Below, piece after piece: positions 53,714-62,812 of a stretch of 64,000 nucleotides of DNA (positions are counted from its first letter, which is position 1; each line of letters opens with the position of its first letter). A program made the position numbers and the translations under genes. Origin of the DNA: Microcoleus sp. (GTDB lineage Bacteria > Cyanobacteriota > Cyanobacteriia > Cyanobacteriales > Microcoleaceae); contig CP181291.1 in the NCBI GenBank assembly GCA_052279835.1, forward strand, positions 736,001 through 800,000, written 5' to 3'. The notes beneath the pieces were generated by a model that made no database searches, was not told where the DNA came from, and saw nothing but the letters and a program-made list of their open reading frames with translations.

Positions 53714-53786
53714 GTGAGCCGAGAAGTGAGCCAAATGAGACAAATGAGCTAAATGAGCCTTTTTTGCTGAGCCAAATGGTGAGCCG
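53714..53786. promoter_or_regulatory. array of 7 direct TGAG(C/A)(C/T) boxes, putative operator
   Basis: Boxes start at 53715, 53727, 53736, 53745, 53754, 53768 and 53780 in the divergent intergenic region. Confidence 0.6.
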
Positions 53787-54038
53787 TTTAGCCTTTGCAG
53801 ATTCAGGATTGTGGAGTAATCTGAAATGATGTGTTTGGCTGTCAGCTACGTTTGACGGTGCATCGGTTGGGCGATCGGGGATACAGCTTATCTGCGATCG
53901 GGAGTAATGTAAAGTTTTGTTACAAATATAGGGCAATTTGCATAAAAAGCAGATGAAGGCCCTGATAGATATTTAGGAAAGCTTGCTAGGCGGGCTTTGC
54001 TGGTTTTGACGCAACTATATTTTTGAGGAGATGGGATT

Positions 54039-57000
54039 ATGACGGAATCTATAATTGCTACGCGGGATGGAAAAGTCGGAACAGTCGATGCAACATCAGG
54101 AAGTTTTTCACAAATAGCAACAAGTAACCTAGATTTCTCTGACATTGCTTTATCTAATAGTGGTCAGCTTTTCGGAATTACGTTTGACAATTTATATAAA
54201 ATAGATCCAAATTTAGGTTCTGCTTCACTTATTGGCAACTTTGGTTTAGGTTCTTCGGTTGGGTTGAATGCTTTAGAATTTGCCAACAATACACTTTATG
54301 CGGCTGCTGATGGAGCTAATTTATACACTATTAATGTCAATACTGGTGCAGCCAATTTAGCAGCCAACTTGGGTTCAGAATTCGATAGTAGTGGTGACTT
54401 AGTATTTGATGCTGCTAATAATCGATTTTTTGCTACATCAACAGGGACAACAAGTGATAGCTTGTTTTCAGTATCCCTTACAGGTCAAGCAACCAAAATT
54501 GGTAATATTGGCTTTACAAATGTTTTTGGTGTATCATTTGAAAATGGCAATCTTATCGGCTTCACGGAAGATCGAAAGCGAATTACTATCAATTCCACAA
54601 CGGGAACCGGTACGTTTGATAAAAATTTAACGGGTATTAGCGGTTCAATTGGGGGAGCATCGTCTATTCCATCTGCAACACCAACTCCGACTCCTCCAAC
54701 TCCGACACCTCCGACGGTTGTAACTCCAACTCCAACACCTCCGACGGTTGTAACTCCAACACCGACACCCCCGACGGTTGTAACTCCAACTCCGACACCC
54801 CCGACGGTTGTAACTCCAACTCCGACACCTCCGACGGTTGTGACTCCAACTCCGACACCTCCGACGGTTGTAACTCCACCTCCCCTGACTATTCCAATTC
54901 CAATACAGACTTCAACTGTACCTCCGAGTCAAATTCCCAAACCTGATTCTAGTGGTGAAGTGGATCTAAATCCGCTAAAACTCAAAGTAATTAACGGTCA
55001 ATTCACATACAACGAAAAAACCAAGCGCTACGAAGCATCAGGTACTATCCAAATCGGACGAAAAGATGGGAAATTCCCATTGATTAATGTCCCACAAGGG
55101 ACAGTCAAATACGATCAGAATAAAATTACTGTTGATGGGACAGTATTTTCTAGTATTGGGAATGTAGCAGCACCTTTATTTAAGGGTAAGTTTGATCTCG
55201 ATGTAAAAACTGCGACTGGCTCAATCGATGAAGAATCTGGAAGTTTGCCCAATGAATTTAAAATTGGTGGTCTGGATATAGACTTCAAAAGTTTAAGTTT
55301 GAATTCTGATGCCCTTGCCCTTGGGAGTGACTTAAAATTGTCTAACGATCTAGGAAATATCCAGCTACCGTTATCAGTAGACGGTTTAATAATTGATAAA
55401 AAAGGGCCGAAATTAAATTCTAGTTTTAATTTTTCCTCAAACAAGATTATTGACAACCGTTCGCCAGACAAAAATTCAAAAACCAAAGAGATAAAGGGAT
55501 TTCAGAAGTTTAATCTGCTCGGTTATGTCGGAGTCAAGGAAATATCAGACGTATCATTAGAGTATCTTGCACCTGAAGATAGTTTAAAGTTGAGAGGCAA
55601 GTTTACATTCGATGTTCCTAAAACCTTTGGTAAAGATTCTGAAGTTGTTGCCGACCTATCAGGGGAGAATTTCTTACAGTACAAAAATGGTAAGTTGGAT
55701 GTCAACGGAGCATTTACTATCAAAAGGGATGTGAAGTTAGATAAAGTGGCTGCATTGAAGGATCTCAAACTTACTTGGAATAGTATTACAAGGGAGTTTG
55801 GTGCGGGAGCTACAATTAAGTTTCCAGACACTCCAGGGAAGAAAGATGGCTTAGAGATAGGAGGAGATATTGGTATTACATATAACCCTTGGGATTTGAA
55901 ATCACTTTCTGGAAAGGTGGACAACCTCAACAAACCTATCGCAGGAACTCCTTTCTATCTTCAGGGGGGGTCAGTTAAGTTAGACAACATTAATCCTTTC
56001 CGACGATTCTCAGGAGAACCAAATCTTTCCAACATAAAACTTAGTGCCGCAGAATTTAAGTCAACATTTGGAGCTCAGTTATCCGAGTCAGTAAAAATCC
56101 CATTACCTGATTGGGCTGGAGGTGACCAGGAGTTTTCGTCTCTAGGTGAATTTAAAGGAGGTATCATAATCGACTTCTGGGATAGCATTACTGCAAAGGG
56201 AGAAGCAAAGTTTTTCAAAGATACAATTGCAGGTGGCAATCTTGATATCACAGCAAATTTAAAAGATTCCTCTCTAAGCATCAAAGGTGGAATTTCAGGG
56301 TTCAATGGCTTATTCTCAATAGATGGTAGCTTCAAAATAACTCCCAAAGGATTCACGATTACTGGTGAACCAAAACTCAAATATCCTAAAGTTCTTCGTT
56401 TGCCATTTATGAAAGATGAAGGCGATGACAAGAAAAATGAAAAAGGTGATAAAACAATTTCAAGTAGTTTAGTCATCGACTTTACGGACGACAAGAATTT
56501 CTCTAATGATTATGCGCGCGTTACAAGCACATTTAAATTTGAGAAAATTGCACCGTTTCTTCCTGATATTTCTCTTACAATAGGAGCTGAAATTTCGTTC
56601 GACGGTAAAGTCAAAATCTTAACTAAAGAGGCTCCTAAAACTAGCAGTTCAATAGCTGCCTCTAGCCTAACTGAAAGAGTAGCCTTTAGCAATCAGCTTG
56701 AAGCTAGTGCAGATAAAACAGCTTCCGCCATAAAAGGCTTTACTGTGACCCCAGGCACGCCGTGGATAATCCTCAATGCCAACTGGGATAATGCCTCTAG
56801 CAATACTCCAGTTGAAATCAAAGCACCCAATGGTGCTATTTTCAAAGAGTCCGATTTTGCAGCCAATAAGATTGCGGTTGTTGATGCCCTCACCAGTACA
56901 ACTACGAAGGCAGTTGTTATAGCCAATCCACAACCAGGTAATTGGGATATCAACTTAACAAATTCTGCTGCTTTAGGTACTGTAGAGTACAGTGCTTTTG

Positions 57001-58292
57001 AAGATTCTCAGGCTCCTACTGTTCAAGTGACGACCCCATCTAAAGATGTCAGTGGGCAAAATGTTACCATCAATTACAACGCCTTTGATGCTGATTCCAC
57101 TGCCAAAGTTAGCCTGTTCTACGACACTGACAACAAAGGTTTCGATGGCATTCTAATCAAAGGTGGCCTTGAAGAAAAAGACGGTGCAGGCAACTTCGTC
57201 TGGAACACTCAAGGCATCCCCACTGGCGATTACTACGTCTATGCAATGGCGATGGATGAAAACAATGCACCTGTTTTTAGCTACTCACCGCTGCCGATTA
57301 AGGTGACAGAATCAGCAGATTTATCAGTTACTAAAACAGCCGATCGCGATACAGCCATACCGGGAAGCAACGTCACCTACACCGTTGCAGTAACCAACAA
57401 CGGCACTGATAACGCTAAAGGTGCAATCCTCACCGAAACCTTGCCAGAGGGTGCTAAATTTGTTTCCGCGAATATCGCCCCCACCAAACAGTCAGGAAAT
57501 GAACTAACTTTTGACCTCGGCGATGTACCCAAAGGTCAAATTTCAACTGTTAGCATTACCGTTACTGCGCCGACAACCGGAAACATCACCGGTACATCTA
57601 GCATAACGAGTAAAACATACGACCCAGACATCTCCAATGATTTCGATTTCGCCAGCACTACAGTCACAAATGACGGCACTGAATCGGCGACAGATAATAT
57701 TTTACCAACACCAACACCAACACCACCTCGTCCTCCACTGCGTCAAGTTTTAGGAACACCTGAAAACGACAATCTAGTTGGCATAGACGCAGCAGATAGC
57801 ATCGCTGGTTTCGCAGGCGATGACACCCTTGCCGGACTTGGCGGAGATGACATCATCTACGGCAATAAAGGCAACGATATCATCACTGGCGACAGCGGAA
57901 ATGACAACATATTTGGCGGCCGAGGCAACGATCTAATCCTAGGAGGTGCAGACAACGATCGCCTCAAAGGAAACGAAGGCGATGACACCCTCAGCGGCGA
58001 TTTAGGACGAGATATCTTAATCGGCGGCCCCGGCAGCGATACCTTTGTCCTACCCAAAAATGCGGCCGTAACTGGTGATTTTCTGCCAGATGCTATCTTA
58101 GACTTCCAATTAGGTGCAGATAAAATTGGACTGACAGAAGGATTAACACAAGCCAACCTACTTTTGAACTTTGAACTAGGCAACACCGTCATCAAAATTG
58201 CAGGTTCAAATCAAACTTTAGGTGTTGTTGTCGGTGTAACTCCGAGTCAGCTAAGCGGTAGTTTTGTCTCCATCAATCTGCCACTGATTTAG
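54039..58292 (+). CDS. large multidomain RTX-type calcium-binding exoprotein (propeller-like N-terminus, Pro/Thr linker, beta-rich core, Ig-like/DUF11, GGxGxD repeats)
   Basis: No Sec signal; (PTPTPPTVVT)n; ADLSVTKT...VTYTVAVTNNG (DUF11); GLGGDDIIYGNKGND nonapeptides; C-terminal ILDFQLGADKIGL. Confidence 0.88.
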   Translation: MTESIIATRDGKVGTVDATSGSFSQIATSNLDFSDIALSNSGQLFGITFDNLYKIDPNLGSASLIGNFGLGSSVGLNALEFANNTLYAAADGANLYTINVNTGAANLAANLGSEFDSSGDLVFDAANNRFFATSTGTTSDSLFSVSLTGQATKIGNIGFTNVFGVSFENGNLIGFTEDRKRITINSTTGTGTFDKNLTGISGSIGGASSIPSATPTPTPPTPTPPTVVTPTPTPPTVVTPTPTPPTVVTPTPTPPTVVTPTPTPPTVVTPTPTPPTVVTPPPLTIPIPIQTSTVPPSQIPKPDSSGEVDLNPLKLKVINGQFTYNEKTKRYEASGTIQIGRKDGKFPLINVPQGTVKYDQNKITVDGTVFSSIGNVAAPLFKGKFDLDVKTATGSIDEESGSLPNEFKIGGLDIDFKSLSLNSDALALGSDLKLSNDLGNIQLPLSVDGLIIDKKGPKLNSSFNFSSNKIIDNRSPDKNSKTKEIKGFQKFNLLGYVGVKEISDVSLEYLAPEDSLKLRGKFTFDVPKTFGKDSEVVADLSGENFLQYKNGKLDVNGAFTIKRDVKLDKVAALKDLKLTWNSITREFGAGATIKFPDTPGKKDGLEIGGDIGITYNPWDLKSLSGKVDNLNKPIAGTPFYLQGGSVKLDNINPFRRFSGEPNLSNIKLSAAEFKSTFGAQLSESVKIPLPDWAGGDQEFSSLGEFKGGIIIDFWDSITAKGEAKFFKDTIAGGNLDITANLKDSSLSIKGGISGFNGLFSIDGSFKITPKGFTITGEPKLKYPKVLRLPFMKDEGDDKKNEKGDKTISSSLVIDFTDDKNFSNDYARVTSTFKFEKIAPFLPDISLTIGAEISFDGKVKILTKEAPKTSSSIAASSLTERVAFSNQLEASADKTASAIKGFTVTPGTPWIILNANWDNASSNTPVEIKAPNGAIFKESDFAANKIAVVDALTSTTTKAVVIANPQPGNWDINLTNSAALGTVEYSAFEDSQAPTVQVTTPSKDVSGQNVTINYNAFDADSTAKVSLFYDTDNKGFDGILIKGGLEEKDGAGNFVWNTQGIPTGDYYVYAMAMDENNAPVFSYSPLPIKVTESADLSVTKTADRDTAIPGSNVTYTVAVTNNGTDNAKGAILTETLPEGAKFVSANIAPTKQSGNELTFDLGDVPKGQISTVSITVTAPTTGNITGTSSITSKTYDPDISNDFDFASTTVTNDGTESATDNILPTPTPTPPRPPLRQVLGTPENDNLVGIDAADSIAGFAGDDTLAGLGGDDIIYGNKGNDIITGDSGNDNIFGGRGNDLILGGADNDRLKGNEGDDTLSGDLGRDILIGGPGSDTFVLPKNAAVTGDFLPDAILDFQLGADKIGLTEGLTQANLLLNFELGNTVIKIAGSNQTLGVVVGVTPSQLSGSFVSINLPLI
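54697..54882 (+). repeat. 30-bp coding tandem repeat, about 6 copies (PTPTPPTVVT)
   Basis: CCAACTCCGACACCTCCGACGGTTGTAACT units. Confidence 0.9.
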
Positions 58293-58305
58293 GATAATCC
58301 GATTA

Positions 58306-58344
58306 GTGCGATCGCCCTTTACGACAAAAAGAGCGATCGCCCTT
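58306..58344 (+). repeat. paired GCGATCGCCCTT repeat (array boundary 1)
   Basis: GTGCGATCGCCCTTTACGACAAAAAGAGCGATCGCCCTT. Confidence 0.8.
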
Positions 58345-58406
58345 AAAATCAGAACAGACAAACAACATGATATGGTTAATATAGAATTTGTCAGAATCCA
58401 TTATGT

Positions 58407-58880
58407 ATGAGTGAAACTGTCTATATCGAAACCAGTATCTTGGGCTACCTCACCGCCAGAGCCAACAAAAACCTGATTCTAGCTGCAAACATTGAGGTAA
58501 CACGAGATTGGTGGGAATTTCGGCGAAGCAATTTCAATCTCTACATCTCACAAGTTGTTTTGGATGAAATAGCAGAAGGGGACTCAGAGATTGCGGCTCA
58601 ACGTTTGGAGATACTTCGCGACTTTCCATTGCTGGAACTCAATCAAGCTGTACGAGACTTAGCAGGACAATTTCTCGCACGAAGCAATCTTCCCCCCAAG
58701 GCTGCTGATGATGCAGTTCATATTGCAACAGCTACTGTTTATGGTTTAGATTACCTGCTAACATGGAACTGTAAGCATATCGCTAACGCTCAAATTCAGA
58801 GAAAACTCGCAGAAATTAGTCTCGATTTCGGATACCAATTACCGATAATTTGCACGCCTTACGAACTACTAGGAGGTTAA
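58407..58880 (+). CDS. PIN-domain (VapC-like) protein
   Basis: TVYIETSI, SQVVLDEI, DDAVHIATA, DYLLTWNCKHIAN, PIICTPYEL. Confidence 0.9.
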   Translation: MSETVYIETSILGYLTARANKNLILAANIEVTRDWWEFRRSNFNLYISQVVLDEIAEGDSEIAAQRLEILRDFPLLELNQAVRDLAGQFLARSNLPPKAADDAVHIATATVYGLDYLLTWNCKHIANAQIQRKLAEISLDFGYQLPIICTPYELLGG

Positions 58881-58883
58881 TTC

Positions 58884-59063
58884 ATGTGGCAAGATGAGAT
58901 CGTGGAAGAAATTCACCGAATTCGTGAAGAACACGCCAAGTCTTTCAACTACGACTTGGATGCCATGTTTGCAGATTGGCAGAAAAAGCAGGCTAAAAGT
59001 GGAAGGGAAATAATCTCAAAATCACTCAATCCACGCACTCAACCCACTCCTATTTGTGGTTAA
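58884..59063 (+). CDS. small partner protein of the PIN gene (putative antitoxin, 59 aa; not in the ORF track)
   Basis: MWQDEIVEEIHRIREEHAKSFNYDLDAMFADWQKKQAKSGREII...; AGGAGG RBS; starts 3 nt after the PIN stop. Confidence 0.8.
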   Translation: MWQDEIVEEIHRIREEHAKSFNYDLDAMFADWQKKQAKSGREIISKSLNPRTQPTPICG

Positions 59064-59110
59064 AAAAGTGCGATCGCCCTTGACGACAAAAAGTGCGATC
59101 GCCCTTCATC
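59050..59110 (+). repeat. paired GCGATCGCCCTT repeat (boundary 2)
   Basis: CTATTTGTGGTTAAAAAAGTGCGATCGCCCTTGACGACAAAAAGTGCGATCGCCCTTCATC. Confidence 0.8.
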
Positions 59111-59111
59111 C

Positions 59112-59447
59112 TCATAAATACTCTACCATTCCGACCATATCTTCAGGTGTGTAAATTTCATATAGCAAAATCAACATTTCTATTACTTGTCCGATCGAAC
59201 GACTGCCTTGTTTAAAATAAGCCACACCCGGATGATCCTTACTCATACCAGCCATAACTAGAAAGTCTCGATCCTGAGTGACAAGCACTCGCTGCTGTTG
59301 TTGAATAAACAACCACTGCTGCTCATCCATCTTAGTCCTTAATCCTGCTTCAACCGTTGTCGTCACATCAATGCCATAGAGACGTAACGCCCTAGCAATG
59401 TCACGATCGATATGCTCATCTAAATGAAACCTAATTCGCAGACTCAC
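59112..59447 (-). CDS. DUF5615 PIN-like toxin
   Basis: IRFHLDEHI...ALR..GIDV, RVLVTQDRDFL, HPGV. Confidence 0.88.
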   Translation of the reverse strand: MSLRIRFHLDEHIDRDIARALRLYGIDVTTTVEAGLRTKMDEQQWLFIQQQQRVLVTQDRDFLVMAGMSKDHPGVAYFKQGSRSIGQVIEMLILLYEIYTPEDMVGMVEYL

Positions 59448-59754
59448 CTTTTAATTCCTTTATTTTTGCTTGTAACCTACCTGGATTTTGACGCATAAAT
59501 TCATCCACAAAAGCATCATCTTCTGCCATTTCTCTGTCAATTGCTTGGCGATGATCGTAATAATAAGCCATAGCGTCATAAACTGCGGCTACAAGCAGAT
59601 CGTACTTAGTGGCAATTTCTAAAAGAGAATAACCCATTTTTAGGTGCATCACCATCACGTCTTGTACGGCGATTCTCGTCCCAGCAATCCGGGGTTTCCC
59701 GCCTCTTACTCCCGGTGTCATTTCAATGTGTTCTACGCTTACTGTTGTTACCAT
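59431..59754 (-). CDS. DUF433 antitoxin
   Basis: HIEMTPGVRGGKPRIAGTRIAVQDV...VYDAMAYYYDH; overlaps the DUF5615 start. Confidence 0.9.
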   Translation of the reverse strand: MVTTVSVEHIEMTPGVRGGKPRIAGTRIAVQDVMVMHLKMGYSLLEIATKYDLLVAAVYDAMAYYYDHRQAIDREMAEDDAFVDEFMRQNPGRLQAKIKELKGESAN

Positions 59755-59844
59755 AATTTTTGAGTAGGTATGATTCAAAAATACTACTATTATAGCCCAA
59801 ATAGATATTTTTACAAGCTCGATCGTTTGGGATTTTGAATAATA

Positions 59845-60070
59845 GCGATCGCCCTTAATCCATCCCCGTTCATCTGCGGTTCAAAAAAAGTACGATCGCC
59901 CTTAATTCATCCGCGTCCATTCGCGTTAATCTGCGGTTGCTAAAAAGTGCGATCGCCCTTAATCCATCCCCGTTCATCTGCGGTTCAAAAAAAGTACGAT
60001 CGCCCTTACGACAAAAAGAGCGATCGCCCTTCATCACCCCACCTCTATTTGTGGTTAAAAAAGCGATCGC
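59845..60070 (+). repeat. composite cluster of six HIP1-cored repeats (boundary 3)
   Basis: (G/A)CGATCGCCCTT units with a duplicated AATCCATCCCCGTTCATCTGCGGTTCAAAAAAAGT spacer, plus ACGACAAAAAG and CTATTTGTGGTTAAAAAA spacers shared with boundaries 1 and 2. Confidence 0.85.
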
Positions 60071-60124
60071 GTTCCTTAAAATTTTGGCAGGTTTTGCTAA
60101 CAAATTTATACTTCTACTGTTGAG

Positions 60125-60301
60125 CTATCGAGCGCTCGCCTGACTCGATTCAATCTTTGCTGGCGAAGCTGTTTCTGCCAGCATCGCATTAATCTCTCCC
60201 AATTCTAAATTGACTTCTTGAACCTCCAAGCGGGTTCGACGGAGATTAGCTAGTAAACGTTTAGATGTTTCTGGATCGGGGATGCGCGGTTGTTTATTCA
60301 T
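60125..60301 (-). CDS. small hypothetical protein (58 aa; possibly frameshifted; not in the ORF track)
   Basis: MNKQPRIPDPETSKRLLANLRRTRLEVQEVNLELGEINAMLAE...; ATGA overlap with the upstream stop. Confidence 0.6.
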   Translation of the reverse strand: MNKQPRIPDPETSKRLLANLRRTRLEVQEVNLELGEINAMLAETASPAKIESSQASAR

Positions 60302-60642
60302 GGCAAGTTATATTCCATCTTAACTTCTTCAATACTACGCTCCAGTGCGGGAATCCTTGCTTGGGTTCGTGCTATAGCTCGTTCTAGTAATTGTAACATA
60401 TCACTAGAGGCAACAGGTTGAGCTTGGGCAATTTGAAGCTGGATAGTAGATAGTTGGGAGTAGGAAGATTCAGCATTTTCGGCTGCACTTTTCATTTCAT
60501 CTAGTGCCGCAATCGTTGCGTCTGTCTCTCCAAACAGTTCAAAAATGGTTAATTCCAAGGCTAAAGCTTTATTAACAATATTTAACGACTGCTGTTTTAA
60601 TTGATTGATGATTTCAGTAGTTTCTGATGGTAAATCAGCCAT
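60298..60642 (-). CDS. conserved cyanobacterial helical hypothetical protein (114 aa)
   Basis: MADLPSETTEII...FELFGETDATI...RIPALERSIEEVKMEYNLP; GGGG RBS-like sequence before ATG 60642. Confidence 0.78.
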   Translation of the reverse strand: MADLPSETTEIINQLKQQSLNIVNKALALELTIFELFGETDATIAALDEMKSAAENAESSYSQLSTIQLQIAQAQPVASSDMLQLLERAIARTQARIPALERSIEEVKMEYNLP

Positions 60643-60723
60643 ATTTATACCCCGATAACAAGCTGCTATCATTAAAACATAACAGAGTGTACTTTAGCAA
60701 CAGTGTCTATCCCCGTTTATCTA

Positions 60724-60741
60724 GTGCGATCGCCCTTCATC
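60724..60741 (+). repeat. single GTGCGATCGCCCTTCATC repeat (boundary 4)
   Basis: Identical to the end of boundary 2. Confidence 0.7.
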
Positions 60742-60906
60742 ATATTGAATGATTTACAGACAATTGTTAACTTAAAAAAATTGAAAGGCGATGATAATGC
60801 GTATCGGCTTGGCGACTATCGAATAGGTTTTTATTTTGATGGCGAAACTGTTACTTTTGCCAGGGTGCTTCACCGGAAAGATATTTATCGCTACTTTCCA
60901 CCATAA
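60742..60906 (+). pseudogene. 5'-truncated RelE/ParE toxin fragment
   Basis: NLKKLKGDDNAYRLGDYRIGFYFDGETVTFARVLHRKDIYRYFPP is the C-terminal half of RelE; the N-terminal half is replaced by the repeat. Confidence 0.75.
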
Positions 60907-60942
60907 AGCTGTTTTCACTCTGACAGAAGGTTATCGCTGTAT

Positions 60943-61596
60943 TCATCTACGGTTCAAAAATTCCCTAACTTTTTCCCGAAACAAACGTACCGCCGCCCTT
61001 TGCCCGATGGTTTTACTTTGCTCAATAAAAGCTGGAATTTCGGCGATCGGCAAAAACCCAAAAGCCAAACTATTCTCCCTCTCCTGATAACTTCCCTCAA
61101 CCAATTGATACACTACAAGAGATTGATTGCGATATCTCCAGATTTCAGGAACCCCCAGAGCGGCATAAATTGAGAACTTATTCAAAGAAGAACTCGTGTA
61201 GTCTGATTCTACCACTAAATCCGGTGGCGGATCTGCGGGTAAATTGATGCTTTTACCTCTGACTACCGATTCATTTTGAATGTAAAAACAAGTATCCGGT
61301 TCAATAGCACGAGTTAAATCTTCCCGTTCTAAAGTCAATGCACCGATCTGTCTCATTTCAATTTCCATTTCATCTACTATAACACCAACAAAGTGTTCTA
61401 TCATTCCTACTGGTTCTTCATGTTCAGTTAGTGGCATTCTGATTTCTAAGACTCCTTCAGCATAAGCAATTCTCCAGGCTCTACCATCGCCGACATCGGA
61501 CATTATTGCTTTAAATGTTTGCCATTTAATGCCTGTCAAGGTAATTAATTTTTCCTCGCTACTTTGTAGAGGAGGAGTCAATGTGGTTGTTACCAT
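60943..61596 (-). CDS. Uma2 family endonuclease
   Basis: RIAYAEGVLEIRMPLTEHE, IEPDTCFYIQN, PPPDLVVE.D.TSSS, YAALGVPEIWRY. Confidence 0.92.
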   Translation of the reverse strand: MVTTTLTPPLQSSEEKLITLTGIKWQTFKAIMSDVGDGRAWRIAYAEGVLEIRMPLTEHEEPVGMIEHFVGVIVDEMEIEMRQIGALTLEREDLTRAIEPDTCFYIQNESVVRGKSINLPADPPPDLVVESDYTSSSLNKFSIYAALGVPEIWRYRNQSLVVYQLVEGSYQERENSLAFGFLPIAEIPAFIEQSKTIGQRAAVRLFREKVREFLNRR

Positions 61597-61746
61597 TTGA
61601 GCTACAATTAGTTAGGATTTTATTGATTTTAACATATCCTTTTTTCCTCTGCTGCCACTGTGGTACTGGCAAAATAGCCTGTGCTTGGGAAGTGACTCCT
61701 ATCCACTGTGGCACGGGCCAAAAAGCCAGTGCCATGGATCGATTCC

Positions 61747-61790
61747 AAAAAGCGCGATCGCCCTTGATGACCAAAAGTGCGATCGCCCTT
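61747..61790 (+). repeat. paired GCGATCGCCCTT repeat (boundary 5)
   Basis: AAAAAGCGCGATCGCCCTTGATGACCAAAAGTGCGATCGCCCTT. Confidence 0.8.
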
Positions 61791-61798
61791 TTCAATTC

Positions 61799-62812
61799 CT
61801 AACCAGAAATCACCTGACTCAAAAGATGAGCCTGAGAACCCTCAAGACGAGGCCCATAAACCTGCACCACCAGAGAAGCTAAAAAATTGCCCCAACGAGC
61901 CGCTTGTGCAGAGTTCAAACCATTAGTAAGTCCAAACAAAACACCGCCCGCAAAAGCATCGCCAGCACCCACAGTATCGATCGCCTTTACCGGAAATCCA
62001 GCCACATCAACAATCTGTTTATTTTCCACAACAACGCAGCCCTTATCCCCATTTGTGATAAAAGCCAAGTCCGAAATTTCGCTCATTTTCCGAGCACACT
62101 CCTCCAAAGATTCCTCCTTAAAAAAGCTGCGAACTTCATCAGCATTGCAAAAGATGACATCGCAATATTCCGAAACCACCTTGTGAAAATCATCCGCAAA
62201 TCGATCGACCAAAAAGCCATCAGAAAAAGTAAAAGCCACCTTCACGCCCAGGCGCTTAGACTGTTCCATCGTTTCAATGCTAGCCTTTCGCGGATCGGGA
62301 GCATCCCACAGATAGCCCTCAACATAACTGTACTTGCAGTGAGATAGGCGATCGACATCAATATCCGTCGCCGCCAGAGTAGTAGAAACCCCCAAATTAG
62401 TACACAAAGTGCGTTCCGCATCAGGAGTAGTCAGCACCACACAAGTACCAGTAGGTCCGTTAGACTCAGCAGGATGGACGTTAAAATCAATCCCCGCCTC
62501 CAGCAAATCTTGCCGATAAAATTCGCCATTAGTATCCTTAGCAACCTTCCCTGAATAATAGCCTTTACCACCGCTCTGAGCCACACCAATCATCGTATTC
62601 GCGGCAGAACCCCCCGATCGCATTTGCAGCGAAGTATGTTCCAAATCGTGCAAAATCCCCCCCTGGATTTCCGAATCCATCAGCGTCATCCCGCCACGAT
62701 TCAGTCCGTGTTTGAGGACAAAATCATCTTCCACTAATGCTAAGATGTCTACGAGGGCATTGCCCACGCCGAACACATCCACGGAACCCAAATCTTGATT
62801 GTTTTCAGTCAT
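61799..62812 (-). CDS. PfkB family carbohydrate/adenosine kinase
   Basis: GVGNALVD, SGGSAANT, TPDAERT, YVEGYLWD, DTVGAGDAFAGG; ATG 62812. Confidence 0.92.
   Translation of the reverse strand: MTENNQDLGSVDVFGVGNALVDILALVEDDFVLKHGLNRGGMTLMDSEIQGGILHDLEHTSLQMRSGGSAANTMIGVAQSGGKGYYSGKVAKDTNGEFYRQDLLEAGIDFNVHPAESNGPTGTCVVLTTPDAERTLCTNLGVSTTLAATDIDVDRLSHCKYSYVEGYLWDAPDPRKASIETMEQSKRLGVKVAFTFSDGFLVDRFADDFHKVVSEYCDVIFCNADEVRSFFKEESLEECARKMSEISDLAFITNGDKGCVVVENKQIVDVAGFPVKAIDTVGAGDAFAGGVLFGLTNGLNSAQAARWGNFLASLVVQVYGPRLEGSQAHLLSQVISG

Noticed and set aside
59845..60070. Possible CRISPR mini-array
   Set aside because: Repeat core is only about 12 bp, spacers are irregular and some are duplicated; treated as a HIP1-cored boundary cluster
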